Positions 13,101 to 22,100 of a DNA stretch of 64,000 bases are shown here, piece after piece. The DNA lies in contig NC_092672.1 of assembly GCF_964355755.1 (NCBI RefSeq), forward strand, positions 19,853,237 to 19,917,236, written 5' to 3'. This stretch comes from Antedon mediterranea. Lineage: Eukaryota; Animalia; Echinodermata. The notes beneath the pieces are model-generated. The model had not been told where the DNA came from and did no database searches. It saw only the letters and a list, made by a program, of their open reading frames with translations. Position numbers and translations under genes: made by a program. Within the stretch, counting starts at the first letter, position 1, and the number at the start of each line of letters is the position of its first letter.

Positions 13101-16100
13101 AAAATTCGGTAAATCGCGCGTTATTTCTAGAATATTTACTCGATGGTATTTGAAGTTGGTTAGAATCTCGGTACTGATTGTAACCCTGTTTACTAATTAA
13201 ATTGAGTTAGATAATTAGTTATTGACAATTAAAACGAATTTAGGTTCAACGATTTGTCCCAAATAGGGGTGTTTTCCGATCGTGGTATACACTGTCTAAT
13301 GGATGTCCATCTTGGAAAATACCTGCACACAATAATACGAGGATGCTTCGCATTTTCCTATCTCCTCCTACGATAATTGTTTTTAATAGCTGAAAACCGG
13401 TTGAACAGCTCGAGTACAGTATCATAATGTTGAAGACAGGCAGATTTAATATACGTTTATACAAATTGATTTGCGATGAATGGAACATTAAAACAGGGAC
13501 AGTTTTAAAAAAGTATTAAAACGTAAATGTTTTACTGCATTTAGTGGTATATTATTTACGGAAGCCTGTTCGGACCACAAGTTAACTATATTTTAAAAGC
13601 TGTTATCTGGCGGCCGCCACTTAATTATCTGGCGGCCGCCACTTTGGATCAGAGGCGATGTTGCATAAGGAACGCCATCGCTGCCTCCGGCAGCCAACTT
13701 TAATTCTATTCGGCTCTTTTACAACCATTATGTTTGGCTCTTTTAGCATTCGGCGAATTTCTATTCGGCCCATTAACCATATTTACGATTAAAGATGTGT
13801 TGAATAACCTAAAATTAATTCATCTTTTAACAAATTTTGAGAGATAAAGGTTAAATTATTATTGTTAAAAGTTAGGCTGACACTAGACTAGGTCTAGCTA
13901 GCCTAGGCCATAAATCAAACCTTTTCCTCTTTCAAAATAGTCAATAAGGTGGGACAATTGCAAGTTCTCTATCACATTAATCATGTCAATAAAATGATTA
14001 GTCATATTGAAATAACCTTCAAATTCATTTAATTCAACCAACCAAACACTCTACATGCTGCATCTATTTGTTTTGTAAACTTTTCATAGACTCATTTCCA
14101 GCCGTTGATTTTCTTCCATTTGACCACATGTAAAAGGTTAGAGTTTAATTGCGCCGTATAAAAAAAATCAAAAAGAGCCGAACGTAATGGTAAATGGGCC
14201 AAATAAAAAAGAGCCGGATGCTGAAAGAGCCGAACGTAATGGTAAATGGGCTGAATAGAAATGCGCCGAATGCTAAAAGAGCCGAACGTAATGGTAAAAG
14301 AGCCGAATAGAATTCAAGTTTGCTGCCTCCGGCAGCGATGGCGTTCCTTATGCAACATCGCCTCTGATCCAATGCACGTACATGTGTCACGTGACGGGAC
14401 ATGTACTAATAATTAAGTTGCGGCCGCCAGATAATTAAGTGGCTGCCGCCAGATAATTAAGTGGCGGTCGCCAGATAATTAAGTGGCGGCCGCCAGATAA
14501 CAGCTTTTAAAAAATAGTTAACTTGTGTCCCGAACGGGCTTCCGTAATTATTGATTATAATTGCCTATAAAACATTTTTTAAAGTATTTCGTTACTGAGG
14601 AGATAAAGAATATATTTAAAAATTGTTCTTTCCATAAGACAAGTTTCTTCTTCGGAAGTAGGTCTAATTCCCAGGGTGCTAATTTTAGTTGACTACATAA
14701 ATCATTGTGTCTATTTATTCGTTTTCTGTAAGCGACAATGTACTATAGTCCTGCGGTACGTACATTTGAAATCGCCAGTTTTTTTTTTACGCTGAAATCA
14801 CTGTGTATTCGAGAACCATCTGTGGACGCGAAGCGAGTTTATAATAATGTAGACACTAATTTATTCTTGAGCTATGGAGAATTACTTTTTTTTCCGAAAT
14901 AAAAGATGAATGAATGAATGAATTATATTTGCCCATGCAAAGCATTTAACCACATATTAAAGCAGAAAAAGACCGTGCAGAGCACGTGTTACTGCTAACC
15001 ACATTAACTTATCTGTATATAATTCTTAACGATAAACCATGAATATGTATGTGTGCAACGTTTTGACTGTTTTCAACAGTCTTCTTTTGGCAAGCCGAAG
15101 AACTTCGGCAAATCTCAGACTAAGGTTACACATAAGGGGCGCTGTTCTACAACTATCAATGTGCTTCTAGCAACCACTAACATCTAGTCATTGCCAGAAG
15201 GAAACTGTTGAGTTGGAAACAGTCAAAAGGTCGCACATGGTCTATCGTTAAGAATTATATACAGATAATTAATATAAAAACCAGATGAAATAATTTTTTG
15301 AGTACATTAAATTAGAGAAAACGAAGTACCTATTTGAGATTTTGAATAAATACAGTATGAATCAAATAAAATAACCTAGTGTTGTGTATGTAAACCACTG
15401 ATCAAGTTAATCACCACACATGCCGATAAATAATATATATAACTAAAAATACACACCCTCTCCTCATCATTTTCTGTGTTATCTAGAGTTTAGGATTTGT
15501 TTGTAATACAATAATTTATTCATTCACATTACCAGTGGCTAGTCTTGTAAATGCTGATACTGGTCACCAGTCATTTTTTTCTATCAAGTATTCTCAGTGA
15601 ATTTTTCATGTGTCAACACTTAGCTTGAAATTATGCATGTAGGCCCCAAATCCAAGATGGCAGTCAAATCCAAAATGGTGGTCAAAATCCAAAATGGCTG
15701 CCAATTTGATCTAACTTGTACTTATAATGCCTATTAATTTTCCTTTCTAAACTGTTTATTCTATTTGTTTACCACACACATTGAAGTTTACAAGACACCG
15801 TCCATATAACTTATCAGATGTAATAGTATATAGCAATGATCGTATTTATTAATTGAAGGTCATGAAGATGTACAAGAAAATGTTTGATAAAATGGAAGGA
15901 ATGCCATATGCTCACCATGTAGATCGTGAAATGTACATGGTTGATAACACCATGAAATCACATGAAGGTATTACAAAACTTAGGCGAAACGTTGGTAGAT
16001 ACATGAAGGAAATGGTGAGAGAAGTTCCAGTAAAGTGGGTTAATTTACAAGAACGTTTGCAAAGAGAAACAGAATTGTGTATTACATTTGAAGAGGTAAA

Positions 16101-19100
16101 GTTTTGATTGTTATTCCAATGTAATTGCATAATATTATTAAACTATCGCTCTCTGTAGAGCGATAGCCTATTGTTATTGCTAAAAACTTCATTTTTTCTG
16201 CTCATTTTTTGTGTCACGCAGATCTTGAAAGTTATGTTGGCCAGCAGATGCACGTATATATGTAGTTGTGCAACAAACTTTGGTTTAATGAAAATATGGT
16301 CGCGATTTTTTGAAATTCTTAAATTGACTATAAATTCAAAACTAACAGCCTTTTAAATTGTGAACATTGATATTTTCACGCGTACGCGCACTTTGAAAGT
16401 TAAAAATGCTCAAAATCAATTCCTAATCAAACGTTTCAGGACATTTTAAGCATTTCACATTTTTCAAAAAAATTTCAGCTTAGAAAGACCGCTTTTGCAC
16501 TTGATTGTTGTTGAATTTGTTGATGAATTATGAATGTAAAATAATGACACACGTGCACGCCAAACTAAAAAAATCTTGCACCTAAAAATGGTTAATTTTA
16601 TGCAAATTTGTGTAAAAATATGCCTATTTTGAATCAATTATAGCTATCCGGGATGGCTGGTGACCCCCTATTTTTTTCACTTATTGTAAAGGGTAATGAG
16701 TTTTAGATATGAATTCATGTGAAATTTAGACCATAAGTATTTTATGACGTCATCATATGACCATCTGAATTTTAAAAATTGGATTTTCATCTCTTTCGTC
16801 ACAGTTTGTCACATTCAATAGAGCGCATATCGGGTAAACGTTATCAATTTTCTTCCAATTTTCAATAATATTAATATTTCTCCTTCAGACATATTTATTT
16901 TTAATTTGAAAATGTCATCATATTCAAACAATTAAATAAACGTGGGTGGTGTAAAATAAAAACTAACCGTCAACAAACCGTTTACAATGTCAATACAGTC
17001 AACTGCTTGTTGAACGATTTTGATCGATGCTATGCTGTTTATACAATCGTTGTGGTGCAGCTTACTGTAGGCTAAACCTAATAAATAGCATCTGTATGTT
17101 ACGATGCGTTGCACGATAGCCTAACTCGTCACCATGACAAGTTCAAATTTAGTTATTTCATTGTTACTTTGTTTACCTACAGTACACTAGCAATATTTAT
17201 AGCCATAACAGTACTGGGATATAAATGTGCTAAAATCTATACAGAGCTTATATTTTCGTAAATAAATAAAATTCTATTTGTGAACACTATACAGACCAAT
17301 ATACAATACTAGAATGGGTATACATGCGATTGTTACCTGACAATATACAATACTAGAATGGGTATACATGCGATTGTTACCTGTTTTGCTGAAATTAAAC
17401 ACAAGGTTTTCTTGTCCTGGCCTATCATTGAATTTTCCATTATATTTTCTAAAGTTCTACGCTAAGTTATTTTTTTATTTAAATTTAATTCTTTATTAGG
17501 TTTCCGGGATTGGCACTGAATGTGGAATATCCAAAGAGGGGCTCGCCACTGCCATAGAGTATATGAATGACATTGGGATCATTTTGCATTCGAGTACTAA
17601 CGAAAAACTGAAAAACACTGTGATAACAGATCTTAAAATGATGATTCGAATGGTGACAAAAGTGATCACAGTAGTTAAACCGTCTATTAAAGTGGTAGGT
17701 AGATAATGTATTTTATTATGATATCAGATTGTCAAAAATGTGGATGTATAGGTGATGTTAATAATCTGTTCTTAGTAACTTGATGTGAAACAGTATAATT
17801 GTGTTGATCATGTGACTGTACTGTTTAAAGTAAGAATAAACTGTTTTTTTTTAAATATAGAAGCAAATGAGGGTGCTGTGGAAAAGGCTTGATGAAGAAG
17901 GAATACTGGAGGAAAGACTGCTACGGTATTTATGGGAACAGGAATTAGAGGAAGATCCACATCGCTTTGAAATCTTTACTGAAGTGATGAAGACATTTGG
18001 TTTGCTCTTTGAGAAATTGAAGGTAAGTTAAACATCTTATTTTAGATTGGCTATTACTTAAATTAGCTTAAATGTTATACTTATATTTACAACACTTTGC
18101 TTACATCCGCAGGTACCTGAAAGTAACCGGGTATTCTTGGTTCCATCTCGGATGCAAACCAAGAAAGAGAGTCTTGAAGTTAAAACGGACGAGGAAAATA
18201 TGGTATCGATCTATCTTACACCTACGGACTTTCTTCCCAATGCTGTATACAATACATTGGTTGTTGCATTTCTTGACTTGATGGAGGTCAAAGGTAGACC
18301 TGGTGAACCAGTTGTGTTTCAAAATCGCAGTGAATTTGACTTTAAGGATCATGGGGTTAATTTAGGCACAGTGAAAATTGAAAACAGGCATGCATTAAAG
18401 GTACAGACATTATTTATGTATTTAGTTTCAAATAAATATATTAGAACAGAAGATCAAACATAAAATTTTGAACTAATTTTGCCACTTTTACTGAATTAAA
18501 ATGTTTATGAATGAATGTTGAACATGAACCTACAAAAGGTAATTGTAATAATCCAATGATACCTTTTTGCATTTATTAACTTTTTTTAGTAAACTTTTCT
18601 TATCAGCTTGAAATATCTCATCTAATTAAAGTTCATGGCAGTACTACAGGCCCAATAAATGAACCACATCGAAGCTTCTGCATAGAGGTAAGGATAATAT
18701 GTGTTAACATTTTCAACAAAACAGTACTAGAATGTAATAAAAGAATATTTTTAACTTAAGTTTTTCATTATGTTATAGGTGTTAGGATATCTGAAGCATC
18801 AACTAGAAAATGTGCTTGTCACAAGTGAAGGAGTTGGCTACAATCTATGTGTGTTGTGTAATGTTTGTAATCCAGCAGAGAAGCCTCATTTACATGGTCT
18901 CAAACGATGCTTGGAACAAGGTTTCGATGGTGTTAAATGTGGCGATAAGCTCATGGATACCACTCGTTTAAAGAACCTATTTTCGGAAGGTAATTGAAAT
19001 TTGGAATTATCATCAACATTTTCTTCAATAGCAATATTATTAGTTTGTTTTAATGACATAGGAACATGTGTGTATGAGATATCTGCAAAGACCCTTTGAA

Positions 19101-22100
19101 TAATAGATAACATTTATTCTTATTATTTACAACCTAATGAAAATCAGTTGACTAATTAATTGGCATTTGGGAATTAATTTTTTAACATTTTTTTTTTAAA
19201 AAATAAAACAGATTTAGGCTAAGCTAAACATTTATCCCAAATAACTTGAGGCGTCATGTAAATCTATTGTTTTCCCTGCAGAAATCTTTCTTCACACAAT
19301 AAAGATTTTAAATCTATCTGCAGTATTTATTCTGGGAGGCCTGCATAACTTTAAAATAAATATTTAATTTAATAATTTAATTTCTTTTTCTCACTAATAC
19401 AATGTACTGATAGATATTTTTTTTTGCATAGATACACCAGATGCTACTACTACTACTCTGGCTATAAGCTCATCATTACCATCAGGTCAGTTGATTGATA
19501 AAATTTGTTAATTCTAAATTACATAAAAATTACATACAATTTAGAAATGGCAATAGCTAGTTCAGAACAGTTAAAAATATGTTATATGGTACTTGATATG
19601 TAAAGTTTGGAAAATGTAATAGTATTTTAAACAATTTATAATAAGGAACATGTCAAAGATGGTGGTTTCTGACAAATCTCATGATTTCAAAATACATGAA
19701 GGTCTACTTTGAATGGCATAAAACCGTGTATCTTAGTGTTGTTAACAGAATAGTTTATTTGATAAAAACTAACTTTAAAATGTGTATTGAATAAATTGTG
19801 ATAATGTTTTTGTTATTATGACTATGTATATGTTTATTTTGTATAGATACACCGACTACTACTCCTCTGGCTACAAGCTCATTACGAACAGGTTAGTTGA
19901 TTATCATTAGATCATTAGAGATCATTGGATCCTTGGATCTAATGTAGAAAATATTAGCTAATGTTGAAATGGCAATAGCTAAATGTAGAAATAACAAATT
20001 GCTCATATGTAATTAGTACCAGCTAAGGTGAGAAAATGCTTCACAACTATGATGAAATTACTGTTGGGAACTACATCAAGAAACCTGAAGGATAGATACA
20101 TTATGTGAAGTTAAATATAATATAAAGTTGGTAATACATAAGGATAACAACTAAGCAGATTCTGTATTAATCACTTTCAACTACCATGCCTTTTTTTGGG
20201 GGATATTAATTATTCCCTATGCAGCAATATAAATTGTGACCTGATTTATGGAAAGTTATGGTGTTTTAAGGATTTATATTCATACATACAGACATATTCA
20301 AACAATGATTTTCAACAACTATGATTATTATGCTCAATTTATATCATAATTTTGGAAACTTGTCTTCAACTATTTAGAGTTGTCAGAGGATAATTTTAAA
20401 CAGTTGATTGCAGACTTTGCAAAATGGTTTGATGATCGTGGTCTCCTTAAAAGGCTACAAGTTATATGCACAGAAATAGTAGATGACATTCAAGAGTTGA
20501 AAAGGGTTACCAGTACAATCAACCTGTTAGCTCTTTTAACTGCAAATGGACAATTGAGTCAAACAAATCTTTCTGTCCTGTATGATGCAATAAAAGTAAC
20601 AGAACAATTTGGCTTTCAGTCAGTAATTAAAGAAAAGCTTTACATACCTGTCCTAATACAGCTTATTAGCTTTAAAATCACTCATTTGTTGGCGATGAAT
20701 GGTTTTTCCCATCAAAGTTTTTTTTCCAATTATAAAATGAATATCATGACAAAAAGCATAACTTTCCAACCATTTTTTGCAAACCATATCTCTATGTTTT
20801 TTAAGCCTCTTTATCTCCCCACTAGACTAGACTCATTAATGTACAATTGATAGAATCAGATGAATTAATTGTGTGTTGCTTGTATAATAGGTCAGAGTAT
20901 AGCATCCGATTAAACTCTGGGCAATCAAACAAAAGCCAGCTTTTGCTAAAGGTTTTCTGATTAATTACCATTACCTTAATTTCATAAACTAGATGGTACG
21001 CAAGCAAAGCGAGCGTACCATCTAGGTCGTGCCCACACAGATGGTTCTCGAATACATAATAATTTCAGCGTTAAAAAACTGGCGATTTCAAATGTACGTA
21101 CCACAGGACAATAATACATGTCGTTTACGGGAACGAATAAATAGACACTGTGATTTATGTACTGAACTAAAATTAGCACCCTGGGAATTACTTCCGAAGG
21201 AGAAACTTGTCACAAAATGAGACCAATTGTTTTAAGTCAAATTTAAACAAACTTAATTTGTGTTTTGTATGTAACATTAGGGTTGAGGGATGGGAAAGAG
21301 GATGGGTGCAAAGAGGAACAATTAATTTTTAAATATATTCTTTATCCATGTAGTAACGAAATATTAATTGTTTTCATGTTTTACAAATAATATACCACTA
21401 AACACAGTAAAACATTGCGATGTAATACTTTGTTGAAACTATCACCGTCCTAGTCGATTGAAATAGTACAGTACATGTAACGATACATCACTACGACATG
21501 TATAATATGTTTATATAATGTAAAACAATTTTTGAAAACCCCCCCTATTCGTGGCAAATCATAAATTCGATTTAATCGTCAATAAATATTAAATTATCTA
21601 ACTCAACTTAATTAGTAGGCCTAATTGTTTTCAATTGTTTCTTAGAGCCAATTCATACTTAAGTTGGTTCCTAACCCTACCCACCAAAGTTGTTCTGCGT
21701 TTAGGGCATGTGATGCACCGTAGGCCTATCCTCTACTGGCTTTACAACGCTACTCATGCCAGTGAGGGAAGGGTGATGATGTCACATGGGTGGTTTAACT
21801 GCAATAATAAAGATTTGTACATAATATACGGCGACTGAAAACGCTAGCTCATTATCCGTTAAAAAAAATCTAAAAAATCTATATCCAACCTCTGCAGCAC
21901 AGATTGAAAAAAAAAATGGATCGAATTTCTGTTATGAGTATACAGTACTTGCCTTTACGACGCCTGAGGGAATAGACACTTGTGGAACAGAGATTGGAAT
22001 GTTCCATTCATTTCAAATCAATACATTTGCATAAACGTATATTAAATCTATCAAAATAGTATTTTTTTAAGAAAATCGGCCTGTCTTCAACATTATGATA

